Shown: piece after piece, positions 41,096 to 55,007 of the stretch
Numbering within the stretch: position 1 is the stretch's first letter
Layout: each line of letters opens with the position of its first letter
From: Octopus vulgaris
Taxonomy: Eukaryota
Assembly (NCBI GenBank): GCA_951406725.2
Contig: OX597840.1
Location: forward strand, 35,588,001 to 35,652,000
Direction: 5' to 3'
Length of the DNA stretch: 64,000 nucleotides
Translations under genes and position numbers: made by a program
Notes under the pieces: model-generated
What the model saw: only the letters and a program-made list of their open reading frames with translations
Database searches by the model: none
Told to the model about the DNA's origin: nothing

Positions 41096-41689
41096 ATATA
41101 TACATATGTGCACACACATACACACACACTGATATACATATATGTATTGAACTGCATCATGTTCTTTGTGCCCAGCAAACCTGCCGTTCCACATTGGTGT
41201 TTGTCATGCATCAGGACTTGAATATGAAAGGACCTTTTTTTTTTCTAATTATCATAATGTTGTCATGTTAATCCTTTACCAAAACAAACAAGCAACGAAA
41301 TATAAACTCACAGAAAAACAAACAAAAAAAAAAGAAGAAAGAAGAACAAACGAAAATGGTAAGCACAGTTATTCATTGAAGAATGGTTGCATAATCCTGA
41401 ATTTTAAGATTAGCTTAAACAAGTTAGAAAATTATAAAGAAGCCTGCTATTGTTATCGTATAATATTAAGCAGAGAAATTCAAATATATCTCTGCTAACA
41501 GAACACAAAGGCTGTTGTCGATATAGGCACAGGCATGGATGCGTGGTAAGAAGTTTGCTTCTCAATCACATGGTTCTGGGTTCAATTCCACTGCATGGTA
41601 CCTTGCGCGAGTATTTTCTACTATAAGCTTTGCTCTAACCAAAACCTTGTGAGTAGATTTGGTTGATGGAAGCTGAAAAAGGCCTCTTT

Positions 41690-42093
41690 CTCTTTTTACT
41701 TGTTTCAGTCATTTTGACTGCGGCCATGCTGGAGCACCGCCTTTAATCGAGCAACTCGACCCCGGGACTTATTCTTTGTAAGCCCAGTACTTATTGTATC
41801 GGTCTCTTTTGCCGAACCGCTAAGTGACGGGGACATAAACACACCAGCATCGGTTGTCAAGCAATGCTGGGGGGGGGGACAAACACAGACACACAAACAC
41901 ACACACACATATATATACATATATACATATATACGACGGGCTTCTTTCAGTTTCCGTCTACCAAATCCACTCACAAGGCTTTGGTCGGCCCGAGGCTATA
42001 GTAGAAGACACTTGCCCAAGGTGCCACGCAGTGGGAATGAACCCGGAACCATGTGGTTGGTAAACAAGCTGCTTACCACACAGCCACTCCTGC
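41690..42093 (-). mobile_element. SINE B full copy
   Basis: Family match. Confidence 0.85.
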
Positions 42094-42286
42094 TGTGTAT
42101 ATATAGTAGTCGCCATATTCCTTTCCATATCGGCTAACTCTGATGAGCGTAAGGTTGTATATAAGCTTTTCTTCAGAAATAGAGGAAAGTCTAAAAGAAG
42201 GGAAGATGGAGGAAGAAAATTGCCAATGATTCACCTGTGGCTATATTTATACTTACCTGGAAATGGATGCATGGCCTTCAATTAGA

Positions 42287-42673
42287 TCATCATCATCATC
42301 GTTTAACGTCTGCTTTCCATGCTAGCATGGGTTGGATGATTTGACTGAGGACTGGCGAACCAGATGGCTGCACCAGGCTCCAGTCTTGATCTGGCAGAGT
42401 TTCTACAACTGGATGCCCTTCCTAATGCCAACCACTCTGAGAGTGTAGTGGGTGCTTTTACGTGCCACCGGCATGAGGGCCAGTCAGGCGGTACTGGCAA
42501 TGGCCATGCTCAAATGGTGTTTTTTACATGCCACCTGCACAGGTGCCAGTCCAGTGGCACTGGCAATGATTTCGCTCAAATGTTTTGTTCACGTGCCACC
42601 GGCACAAGTGCCAGTGAGGCGATGCTGGTAATGATCATGCTCGAATGGTGCTTTTTACATGCCACTGGCACGG
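42287..42673 (-). mobile_element. RTE-like 3' UTR fragment
   Basis: Matches 7701-8263. Confidence 0.75.
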
Positions 42674-42869
42674 TCCGATAATAATAATAAATTATATATA
42701 TATGAATATATGGGTAGAGGACATCACCAACTGTGTAAACAACATGAAATATGTAGACAAACAAGTTAAATACGTAAACAAAGAGAGGAAAAAATGGAAA
42801 ACAGGACAAGTAAATACAGAGAAATGACCCTTCATTTACTCCTCATTTCGATTATATGTATATATATAC

Positions 42870-42985
<116 letters not shown>

Positions 42986-43813
42986 GTGTATGTGTGTGTG
43001 TATCTGTGTGTGTGCGTGTGTGTTTGTATTTGTTCTCAATCACTGTTTGACAACCAGTGTGGGTGTGTTTATGTCCCCATAATACCATAATATAGCAGTT
43101 TGTCAAAAGAGACGGATAGAGTAAGTACTAGGCTTAAAAAATAAGTCCTAGGGGTCGATTTGTTTGATTAAAACCCTTCAAGGCATTGCTCCAGCATGGT
43201 CACAGTCAAATGACTGAAACAAGTAAAAAAAAAAAAAACAAAAGAATAAAAGAATAAAAGAAAAACGTCCACAATTTACTTTCATTTTTTTAGGAACAAT
43301 CTACATTCACTTTATTATTGTTGAAAGAAAACATCACCAAGTGTTTTGCCTAATTAAATAGATAAATAGTGTCTGGCCTCTTATACGTAATACAGAGTGG
43401 GGAGAAAATTTGATTAACGAAGATTATCTCAGCATTTAATGGACAAAACCTTTTGTCTGTTAATTGATTTTGTCCAGTAATAATTGCAGTGATAATCTCA
43501 TTAAATTGATGAGTTATTTTTGTTTTGTTTTCTTCGGGATTACCGGATTTCGTTTTAATCCTTCTGGGACCGATTAAAAACGGTGTCTTTTGATTGTTTC
43601 AGTCATCCGACTGCAGCCATAAAGGACCACCACCTTCAAGCGTTCAGTTTGAACAAAGCAACCCCTAGTGTTCGTTTTGTTAAGTCTAGGACTTATTTCG
43701 TTGGTCTCCTTTTGCTGAGCAGCTAAGTTATGGGGTCACAAGACAGACGAACGCCTATTGTCAAGGAGTGCAGGCAGGGCAACAAGCACAATGACATACA
43801 CACATACACACAT

Positions 43814-43856
<43 letters not shown>

Positions 43857-43863
43857 AGCATAC

Positions 43864-43898
<35 letters not shown>

Positions 43899-44027
43899 CA
43901 CACAAGCATACATACATACATACATACACACATACATATATGCATGCATGCATACATACATACATACCTACATACATACACACATACATACACACATGCA
44001 CACATACATACATACAGACACACATAT

Positions 44028-44250
44028 ATTATTGGGGCCCTGGGATATATAGCACATTGCCTAAATACCAATCTTGAGGAATTAGGCTTCTCAAAACCAG
44101 AAAGGAGAAAGCTAATTCCAAGACTACAGATCCAATCCATCACTGGAACTGTTAAAATCTGTAAGACTTTCCAGAAGTTTATCATTTAAATCTATATATG
44201 ATCATGTCTAGATATGCAAGTACATGCATGAGAACACATACATAAAGCAT
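44028..44250 (+). mobile_element. R4/Dong-like (RLE) non-LTR retrotransposon 3' end
   Basis: IIGALGYIAHCLNTNLEELGF..LQIQSITGTVKICKTF, resembling the IGALG..LQ..GT C-terminus of restriction-like endonuclease ORFs; embedded in TACA repeats. Confidence 0.65.
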
Positions 44251-44897
44251 ACATACATACACGCATGCATACATACATACATACATACATACATACATGC
44301 ATACATACATACATACATACATACATACATACATACATACATACATACATACATGCATGCATACATACATACATACATACATACATACGTACATACATAC
44401 ATACATACATACATACATACATACATACATACATACATACATACATACATACATACATACATACATACATACATACATACACACATACATACATACATAC
44501 ACACACATACATACATACATACATACATACATACATACATACATACATACACATACACACATACATACATACATACATACATACATACATACATACATAC
44601 ATACATACATACATACATACATACATACATACATACATACATGCATACATACATACATACATACATACATACATACATACATACATACATGCATACATAC
44701 ATACATACATACATACACACATACATACATACATACATACATACATACATACATACATACATACGTACATACATGCATACATACATACATACATACATAC
44801 ATACATACATACAAACATGCATGCATACATACATACATACATACATACATGCATGCATACATACATACATACATACATACACACATACATACATACA

Positions 44898-44931
<34 letters not shown>

Positions 44932-45508
44932 CATACACACATACACACATACATACATACATTCATACATACATACATACATACATACATACATACATAC
45001 ATACATTCATACATACATACATACATAAAGCATACATACATACACGCATGCATACATACATACATACACACATACATACATACATACATACACACATACA
45101 TACATACATACATACATACATACATACATACATACATACATACATAAAGCATACATACATACACACATACACACATACATACATACGCACATACATACAT
45201 ACATACATACATACATACATACATACATACATACATACATACATACATACATACATACATACATACATGCATGCATACATACATACATACATACATACAT
45301 ACATACATACATACATACATACATACATACATACATACATACATACATACATACATACATACATACATACATACATACACATGCATACATACATACATAC
45401 ATACATACATACATACATACATACATACATACATACATACATACATACATACATACATAAATACATACATACATACATACATACATACATACACACATAC
45501 ATACATAC
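44250..45508. repeat. About 1.25-kb (TACA)n array
   Basis: Direct reading. Confidence 0.97.
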
Positions 45509-45669
45509 TTAAACATGAGGAATAAGTAACTGGTACTTTATTTATCGACCCAGAAAGAGTGAAAGGCAAAGTCAACCATGGCAGAATTTGAACTCACAAT
45601 ATAAAGGCAGACGAAATACTACTAAGCATTTCACCCAGTGTGCTAACATTTCTGCCAGTTCACCGCCAT

Positions 45670-47034
45670 ATTAAGCCCAGATATTGGATCAGTTTTATGT
45701 TCAAACTAACCAGATCTGGCCTCTTTTACCTACCCTACAATGCCATTCTAAAAATAAACGATCACATGATTGAAATGTCAAAGCATGATTAATCCAAACA
45801 ATGAATAAATAAGGATTGCATTTGACAGAGTAATCTGAATGCTAAGAGGTTAGACTAGCCAGATCCAGCCTCTCACACCTATCCTACAATGTCACTCTAA
45901 AATTTATAAACAATTACATCATTGAAATCTCAGAGCTATAGGATAAAGCATGATTAATTCAAAACAATGTGAATAAATATTACATTTGATTTTGATAGTA
46001 ATCTGAATTCTAAGAGGTTAAACTAAGCACTTCCTGCCCAAATATCCTACTAGTTCTATGTTCAAACTGGCCACATCCGGCCCTCTCCGGCACTTTACGT
46101 CATTCAAAGAATTGTCATATCATTGAAATCTCAAAAGCTATGAGATAATGCATAATTCAAAAGATTGTGAATAAATAATTACATTTGATGGAGTAATTTG
46201 AATGCCAAGAGATTAAACCAGCCGTATTAAGCCCAAATATTGAATCAGTTTGATGTTTAAACTAGCAAGATCTGGCCTCTTTTACCTAGCCTACAATGCC
46301 ATCATGAAAATAAACAATTTTTAGTAGCTTGCTTACCAACCACATGTTTCCGGGTTCAGTCCCACTGCGTGGCACATTGGGCAAGTGTCTTCTGCTATAG
46401 CCTTGGGCCGACTAAAGCCTTGTGAGTGGATTTGGTAGACGGAAACTGAAAGAAGCCCGTTGTATATATGTATATATATATATATGTATATATATATATG
46501 TATATGTGTGTGTATATGTTTGTGTGTCTGTGTTTGTCCCCCTTGCATTGCTTGACAACCGATGCTGGTGTGTTTACATCCCCGTAACTTAGCGGTTCGG
46601 CAAAAGATACCGATAGAATAAGTACTAGGGTTACAACGAATAAGTCCCGGGGTCGATTTGCTTGACTAAAGGCAGTGCTCCAGCATGGCCACAGTCACAT
46701 GACTGAAACAAGTAAAAGAGTAAAAGCGTAAAATTACATCATTGAAATGTCAATGCTACAAGATAAAGCCTGATTAATCCAAAATATTCTGTATAAATTA
46801 GCCTTACATTTGGCGGAGTACTTTCAATGCTAACAGGTAAAACCAGCCTGATTGAACCAAAATATTCTACCTGCTTTATATTCAAACTGGCCATATCTGG
46901 CCTCTCACACTTTCCCCACAATGTCATTCTGAAATTAAACAATCAACACTATGAGATAATGTTTGATTAATTGAAAATAATGCTAATTAACGAGTATTAC
47001 ATTTGTAAGAGTAATCTAAACGCTAACGAGTTAA
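45670..47034. repeat. Degenerate tandem 170-190-bp units (piggyBac-MITE-like ends), interrupted by SINE B at 46323-46728
   Basis: Recurring AGTAATCTGAATGCTAAGAGGTTA and CTGGCCTCTCACACCTA motifs. Confidence 0.65.
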
Positions 47035-47056
47035 ATACACATTTTAAAGAATATAT

Positions 47057-47453
47057 ACTCTTTTACTCTTTTACTTGTTTCAGTCATTTGACTGCGGCCA
47101 GGCTGGAGCACCGCCTTTAGTCGAGCAAATCGACCCCAGGACTTATTCTTTTGTAAGCCCAGTACTTATTCTATTGGTCTCTTTTGCCGAACCGCTAAGT
47201 GACGGGGACATAAACACACCAGCATCGGTTGTCAAGCGATGTTGGGAGGAGAAACACAGACACACAAACACATACACACACATACATATATACATATATA
47301 CGACAGGCTTCTTTCAGTTTCTGTCTACCAAATCCACTCACAAGGCATTGGTCGGCCCGGGGCTATAGCAGAAGACACTTGCCCAAGATGCCACGCAGTG
47401 GGACTGAACCTGGAACCATGTGGTTGGTTAGCAAGCTACTTACCACACAGCCA
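47057..47453 (-). mobile_element. SINE B full copy
   Basis: Family match. Confidence 0.85.
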
Positions 47454-47521
47454 AGAGTTTTTAAAAATTTGATGGCATGCCATGATGCAGGTGCATTTCA
47501 TGTTGTTTACAGTGTGCAGTG

Positions 47522-47790
47522 TGAAGGTGTGTGGCCTAGTGGTTAGTATGCTGCACTTGCAACCATAACAACATGGTTTCAATTCCTAGGTCGGGTGGTG
47601 CGTTGTATTCTTAAGCAAAATCCTTCATTTCACATTGCTCCAGTCCACTCAGCTGTAAATGCATTCCAGCAATAATTTGGGGAGTTACCCCTGCAAGGAA
47701 CTGGCATTCCATCCAGTAGGAAGTGTTTTAATCTCACTCAATTATACACCATGGAAATCAGGTGAAGCTCTGGCCTTATGAGTCCTTGGG
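47522..47790 (+). mobile_element. Old tRNA SINE with CORE-like and V-like blocks
   Basis: TGGCCTAGTGG A box, GGTTTCAATTCC B box, CCCTGCAAGGAACTGGCATTCCATCCAG. Confidence 0.6.
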
Positions 47791-47994
47791 GTCCTGACAG
47801 ATTTTTATAGCATACAACAGATAAAAAGGAGGGAAGTAGAGAGGCAGAAACAGTGTCTGGCTGTAGAGGAGGTACATGGGTACCCAGTGAGAGAGAGGTA
47901 CAAGAAAGAGGCCAGGAATAAGGGTGCTCATGTAAAGGTGATACTTGGTTATTTAGTCAGAGGAAAAACAAGAGAAAGAGAGAGATAGAGTCTC

Positions 47995-48306
47995 ACACAC
48001 ACACACACACACACATGAACACATACACACACACACAGACACATGAACACATACACACACACACAGACACATGAGCACATACACACACACACACACATGA
48101 ACACATACACACACACACACACAGACACATGAACACATACACACACACATGAACACATACACACACACACACACACACACATGAACACATACACACACAC
48201 ACATACACAGACACATGAACACATACACACAGACACATGAACACATACACACAGACACATGAACACATACACACACACACATGAACACATACACACACAC
48301 ACATGA

Positions 48307-48337
<31 letters not shown>

Positions 48338-48388
48338 AACACACACACACACATGCATGTGCACACACAGACACACATACACACACAT
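47995..48388. repeat. ACACATGAACACAT(AC)n compound minisatellite
   Basis: Direct reading. Confidence 0.9.
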
Positions 48389-48649
48389 AAAGAGAGAAAG
48401 AGTGAACTACACAGATTTATCCTAATTTGTCTAGAGTGTAATCAATTTAGTTTCAGAGTACAAGATATATCCGGGAAGTACTCTGTCAGTCGGCCATTTT
48501 CCTCTGTGGCAAAATGATGGACCATTCGTTATTATCTTGAATTCAAAAGAACTCATCTCTGTCGTACGCTGATTGCATCACTTGGATTCTGTCTGAGGAT
48601 TATTGCATGAAGGACATAATTGACACAGAGGCAATATGATCCACCACCA

Positions 48650-48727
48650 TGATGATGATGATGATCATCATCATCATCACCATCGTCGTCATCATCATCA
48701 CCATCATCATCATCATCACCATCGTCG

Positions 48728-48758
<31 letters not shown>

Positions 48759-49252
48759 CATCATCACCATCGTCGTCATCATCATCACCATCATCGTCAT
48801 CATCATCATCATCATCATCACCATCGTCGTCATCATCATCACCATCATCGTCATCATCATCATCATCATCATCACCATCGTCGTCATCATCATCACCATC
48901 GTCGTCATCATCATCACCATCATCATCATCATCACCATCGTCGTCATCATCATCACCATCATCGTCATCATCATCATCATCATCATCACCATCGTCGTCA
49001 TCATCATCACCATCATCGTCATCATCATCATCATCATCATCACCATCGTCGTCATCATCATCACCATCATCGTCATCATCATCATCATCATCATCACCAT
49101 CGTCGTCATCATCATCACCATCGTCGTCATCATCATCACCATCATCGTCATCATCACCATCGTCGTCATCATCATCACCATCATCGTCACCATCATCGTC
49201 ATCATCATCATCATCATCATCACCATCGTCGTCATCATCATCACCATCATCG

Positions 49253-49288
<36 letters not shown>

Positions 49289-49330
49289 CCATCATCATCA
49301 CCATCACCATCGTCATGATCATCATCATCC

Positions 49331-49362
<32 letters not shown>

Positions 49363-49392
49363 TTCACCACCACCACCACCACCACCACCATT
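48650..49392. repeat. (CAT)n array with higher-order CAC/CGT pattern
   Basis: Recurring CACCATCGTCGTCATCATCAT. Confidence 0.95.
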
Positions 49393-49606
49393 ATCACTAA
49401 TAGTATTATCAGTGTTGTTAATACTATACCAGTGGCGATTATGACAACAATCACAAAAATGATGATGGTGGTGGTGGTGGTGGTGGTGGTAGAAGTGATG
49501 ATGAGGTTGATGATAATTAGGAGGAGGAGGAGGGGGAGGGATCTTCCTCATTATCATTGTTCTTTAAGCTATTCATTATTGCTACCAATATTTCATCCTC
49601 ACCACC

Positions 49607-49638
<32 letters not shown>

Positions 49639-50379
49639 GTTTAATGTCCGTTTTCCAATGCTGGCATTGGTCAGATGGAGTGACAGGAGCTGGTCAGCCT
49701 GGGAGCTGCACCAGGGTCCAATTCTCTGTTTTGGCTTGGTTTCTATGGCTGGATGCCCTTCCTAATGCCCACCACTCCACAGAGTCGTACCAGGTGCTTT
49801 TTACGTGCCACCAACGAATGGTCAAAGGAGGGGGGGAGGAGGATGGACATGGCCATCACCCATGGAAAAAATCTGCTTCAACCAATTTAGTCTGACCCAT
49901 GCAGGCATAGAAAAATGGACATAAGATGATGAAGGATGAAAGATGTGTGTTGTATTTGGATGAGATGAAGCAGCCTCTATGGGGTCACTCAGTCTCCAAG
50001 AAACAGCAGCAAAATCTTCCCACTCCTTTAAATAACGGGTCATTTAAGTAATAACGTAACCCCTTAAAGCATACCAGTTAGCTACTGTCCACTCTTAATT
50101 GGTGTGATGACCAAAACCAAAATGTCTTGGGTAACACCACTCCCTCACACTAGAATGATAGCAAGGGTCAAAGATAAAATACTCTAGATGACCTGCATCA
50201 CTCCAAAACTACAGGATGGTCACAACTAAAATGAACATAAGATGATAAAGGATGAAAGATGTGTGTTGTATTTGTATGAAGTGAAGCAGCCTCTATGGGG
50301 TCACTCGGTCTCCAAGAAACAGCAGCAAAATCTTCCCACCCCTTTAAATAAGGGATCATTTAATTGATAACGTATCTCC

Positions 50380-50690
50380 ACACGTAAAAGCACCATCAAT
50401 TCGTGTCCGTTGCCAGCCTCGCCTGGCCCCTGTGCCGGTGGCACGTAAAAGCACCATCTGTTCATGTCCGTTTGCCAGCTCTGTCTGGCACCTGTGCAGG
50501 TGGCATGTGAAAAGCACCCACTACACTCACAGAGTGGTTGGCGTTAGGAAGGGCATCCAGCCGTAGAAACATTGCCAGATCAGACTGGAGCCTGGTGCAG
50601 CCTTCTGGCCTCCCAGACCCCAGTTGCACCGTCCAACCCATGCCAGCATGGAAAGCGGATGTTAAATGATGATGATGATGATGATGATGA
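50380..50690 (+). mobile_element. RTE-like 3' UTR fragment with (GAT)n tail
   Basis: Family match. Confidence 0.75.
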
Positions 50691-51329
50691 TCTCCCTAAA
50701 ATGTACCCGTGTGTTTTTGTGTCGTGTACGTGTGTGTGTGCATGTGTGTATGTGTGTGTATGTGTGATGTGATGTGTGTGTGTATGGGTGTCCCTCTTTA
50801 CAATGCAGTTGTGTCTACGTGTATCTGTGCAATTTACGGAGCAACAGGAACATGCATATTTGTGTCTGTCTGTCTGTCTGTTTGTCTTTAAGGTCATTGA
50901 CATTAAAATTGGATTGCATGTGTGTGTGCGTGTGTGTGCGTGCACGTATATATATATATATAGACATATGTATGCGTGTGTATGTATATATGATACTTAT
51001 GTATGCGTGTGTATGTTTGTGTAGGGGTATGTGCACGTACATTTTTGACATAGTATGTATACATCTGTACGTAAGTGTATGCATGTAGGTGCATGTGCGT
51101 GTGTGCATGTATGCATGTGTGCATGTGTGTGTGTGTGTGTGCATGTGTGTGTTTGTGTGCATGCGTGTATGTGTGTGTGTGTGTGCATGTGTGTGTGTGT
51201 GTGTGTGTGTGTGTCTGTGGGAATGAGAGCAGAAACAAGAGTCAATGATATGAAATTGTGATAATATAATAGGATAATTAATGAAAGAGAGAGAGAGAGG
51301 GAGAAAGAAAGAGACTGAGAGAGGGGGAT

Positions 51330-51362
<33 letters not shown>

Positions 51363-51829
51363 GAGAGGAACTAAATACGATCTTTCAGAAAAATCGGAAT
51401 ACGAACAGTCGGAAAGTGGCAATGTACAAATACCAGTAATTTAAACCATTGCAATAGCTGTCTGTCTCTCTCTCTCTCTCCTTCTCTTTGTATCTCTCTC
51501 TCTCCTTCTCTTTGTATCTCTATCTGTCTGTCTGTCTGTCTAGCTTTCAATCTATCTGTCTATCTATCTATCTATCTGTCTGTTTGTCTGTCTGTCTATC
51601 AGAATAGAGAATTTAAAAGAGAGAGAGAGGGGGATGGAGAGAAAAGAGGGTCTGATAAATTGTGTTAGAGAAAACGAGAGTAAGAGTGGTAATAGGTTGA
51701 TTGATAGATAGATAGATAGATAGACAGACGGATGAACAGACAGGCGACAGGCAGGCAGACAGAAAGACAGACAGAAAGACATACAGGCAGACAGACACTG
51801 ACAGATAGATAGACAGACAGACAGATATA

Positions 51830-51863
<34 letters not shown>

Positions 51864-51958
51864 GATAGATAGATAGATAGATAGACAGAAAGATAGATAG
51901 ATAGATAGATAGGTAGGTAGAGAGAGAGAGATAGATAGATAGGTAGGTAGAGAGAGAG

Positions 51959-51989
<31 letters not shown>

Positions 51990-51990
51990 C

Positions 51991-52061
<71 letters not shown>

Positions 52062-52080
52062 CAGACATATGATTGATTGA

Positions 52081-52225
<145 letters not shown>

Positions 52226-52226
52226 C

Positions 52227-52275
<49 letters not shown>

Positions 52276-52639
52276 TAGATAGATAGATAGATAAACAGAC
52301 AAACAGATGGATAGACATGTAGAAGAGGAAGAAAAATATGAGGAAATATTAAGTGTTTCACGGGAAAAACTGAAAGAGAAAGAATTTAAAGTCAGACAGC
52401 AAGAGAAATGAAATGGTTTGGAAGAGAGAGAGAGAGAGAGAGAGAAAGAAAGAGAGAGAGGCAGACACACAGACAGACGATCAAATTTAATTTTTTTCTT
52501 CTTATATATTTTATTGAATTGAAAAGCGAATAGGATAGAAGAGTCTAACGGAGATGAAACGAAAGGAAAATTCAATGAAAGCAGACAAACGTAATTTGCT
52601 GTTATTTAGTTTAGATACAATACCATCAATTTCGATGGT

Positions 52640-53931
52640 ATAATGGTGAATCGATTATATTGACCCGAGTATTCGAATGGTACAGTTTTATTGACCTAGA
52701 ATGGTTCAAAGGCAAAGTTGACCTCGGCAGTATTTGAATGCGAAATGTTAAAATGTCAGAAAAAAATGTTGTTAAGTATTTTTTTGTCCTGCACGCAAAC
52801 GATTCTGTCCGTTGGTTCTGTCTTAATTGGTTTGTAATAATGGTTTGGAATTTTGGCACAAGGTCAGTAATGTGGGGGAGAGGAGACGAGTCAGTTACAT
52901 TGCCCCAGTACTCAACTGGTACTTGTTTTATTGACCCTGGAAGGATAAAAGGCAAAGTTGACCTTGGTGGAATTTGAACTCAGAACGCAAAATTGGGAAA
53001 AAACGGTACTAAGCATTTTGCATGGAGTTCTAACGACTCTGCCATCTTACTGCCTTAACATCGGTAAATATTGGTTTCAAATTTTGGCACAAGGCCAGCA
53101 ATTCCGGGGGAGGGGGTAAGTCGGATCTTTTCGGTTTGAACGGCAGTTTTTAAAATAATTTCCACGTATCTAAAAAATTTTAAACTTCGTATACTGGTAG
53201 AATGTGTTTATAAAACATCTTTTTCTCTTGGCTTTATTGGGAAAATTCTATAGTTTGTAAGATATTTGTTGGTGTTTTTACCTCAATTTCTGCAACTTCA
53301 ACCAATCAATGACGTCAATTGAGGTAAAAAAAAAGCATTCTGTGCCGTATGAATATATCCCTCGTTTAAGAAACAGATTGGGTTTATTTACATTTGTGAA
53401 GAAAAAAAGATACCCTTCCCCCCCCTAACCTGAACCCTAACCCTAAAACAGATTGAAATGCAATAGATTGATACAAGGGTCATAATTATGGGTGACAATT
53501 TCATATGACACCGCTAGAAAAAACTGCCGTTCAAACCGAAAAGATCCGGTAAGTCGATTACATTGACCCCAGTATGTGACTGGTACATATTTTATCAACC
53601 CTGAAAGGATGAAAGGCAAAGTCAACCTTGGCAGAAAGTGAGCTCAGAACGCAATGGCGCTGAGCATCTTACCTGATATTCTGTCAGCTTGCCGCCTTAA
53701 CATCGGTTAATATTTGTTTCAAATTTTGGCACAGGACCAGGAATTTCAAATCAAGAGGTAAATTGATCACATCGATCCCCCAATACTCAACTGGTACTTA
53801 TTTTATCAACCCTGAAAGGAAAAAAGGGCAAAGTCGACCTCAGCAAAATCTGAACTCGGAACACAAAGACAAACGAAATGCTGCTAGCCATTTTTCCTGG
53901 CATTCTATCGATTCTGCCAGCTCGCTGCCTT
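52640..53931 (-). mobile_element. Tandem cluster of 4 diverged SINE A variants
   Basis: Repeated AAATTTTGGCACA(A)GG and GGCAAAGT(T/C)GACC blocks. Confidence 0.7.
53123..53547. mobile_element. TIR element, Merlin-like, 8-bp TSD GGTAAGTC, inserted in SINE A
   Basis: Same TIR as 38472-38977; TSD at 53115-53122 and 53548-53555. Confidence 0.9.
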
Positions 53932-53944
53932 AACATTGGTAAAT

Positions 53945-54450
53945 CCTCATCATCATCATTTAACGTCCGCTTTCCATGCTAGCATGGGTTGGACGGTTCA
54001 ACTGGGATCTGGGAAGCCAGAAGGCTGCACCAAGCTCCAGTCTGATCTGGCAATGTTTCTACAGCTGGATGCCCTTTCTAACGCCAACCGCTCTGTGAGT
54101 GTAGTGGGTGCCTTTTACGTGCCACCGGCACAGGTGCCAGGCGAGGCTGGCAAATGGCCACGGTCGGATGGTGCTTTTTACGTGCCACCGGCATGGGGCC
54201 AGTCGGGGCAGCGCTGGCAACGGCCACGTTCGGATGGTTCTCTTACATACCACCGGCACTGGTATCACAGCTGCAATTTCCATTGATGTTGATCGATTTC
54301 GATTTCCACTTTCCTCAACAGGTCTTCACAAGTAGAGTTTTGTGTCCCAAAAAGGAAAGGCATGCATAAGTGGACTGGCTACATCTCATGTAAAAGCCAC
54401 GGGTTATGGTCTCACTTGTACTGCCGGGTCTTCTCCCAAAGGTCTCAGTC
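53945..54450 (-). mobile_element. RTE-like LINE 3' fragment
   Basis: Matches 7701-8263. Confidence 0.75.
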
Positions 54451-55007
54451 TCTAAATATTACATGCAAAAATTCCTAATGTAAAATAAATCATTTTATTG
54501 CATTTCGGCCTCAAAAGCAAAAAAAATCAATCTAGATGTGTCAAGTCCTGGGGTTAAGGTAATCAACTAAGTTCTGCCTTCCCACAAAAATTACTGGTAT
54601 TGTTCCTGTGTTTTATATATTTTTTTTCATTGATAGGACAGTGGCCATGCTGAATTACCTCTCATCCTCCTGAGATTAATAAAAGAAAAGAGGTTGAGTT
54701 GACGAAATCGTTAGCATGCCAGGGAAAATGCTTAGTGGCATTCCATCTGTCTATGTGTTCTGAGCTCAAATTCTGCTGAGCTTAACTTTGCCTTTGAGCT
54801 CAAATTCTGCTGAGCTTAACTTTGCCTTTCGTCCTTTCAGGATGGATAAAAGAAGTACCAGTTTATACATTGGGGTTGATTTAATCAACTTGATCCCTTG
54901 CCTAAAAACTGCTGGCCTTGGGCCGAAATTTTCTATCAATATTATATTAAGGTTCAGTTAAGGGTGTAAGCTAGCAGAATTGTTACTACCCTGGACAAAA
55001 TGCTTAG

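Noticed and set aside
42137-42186. Hammerhead at CTGATGAG..GAAATAGAG
   Set aside because: No convincing stems; probably a decayed remnant related to the 10741-10960 family
44182-45575. Long ORFs (up to 455 aa) of MYVC/HTYI repeats, and similar YI, HT, CV, poly-P/G/H/D ORFs across the window
   Set aside because: Translations of microsatellites that lack stop codons in most frames
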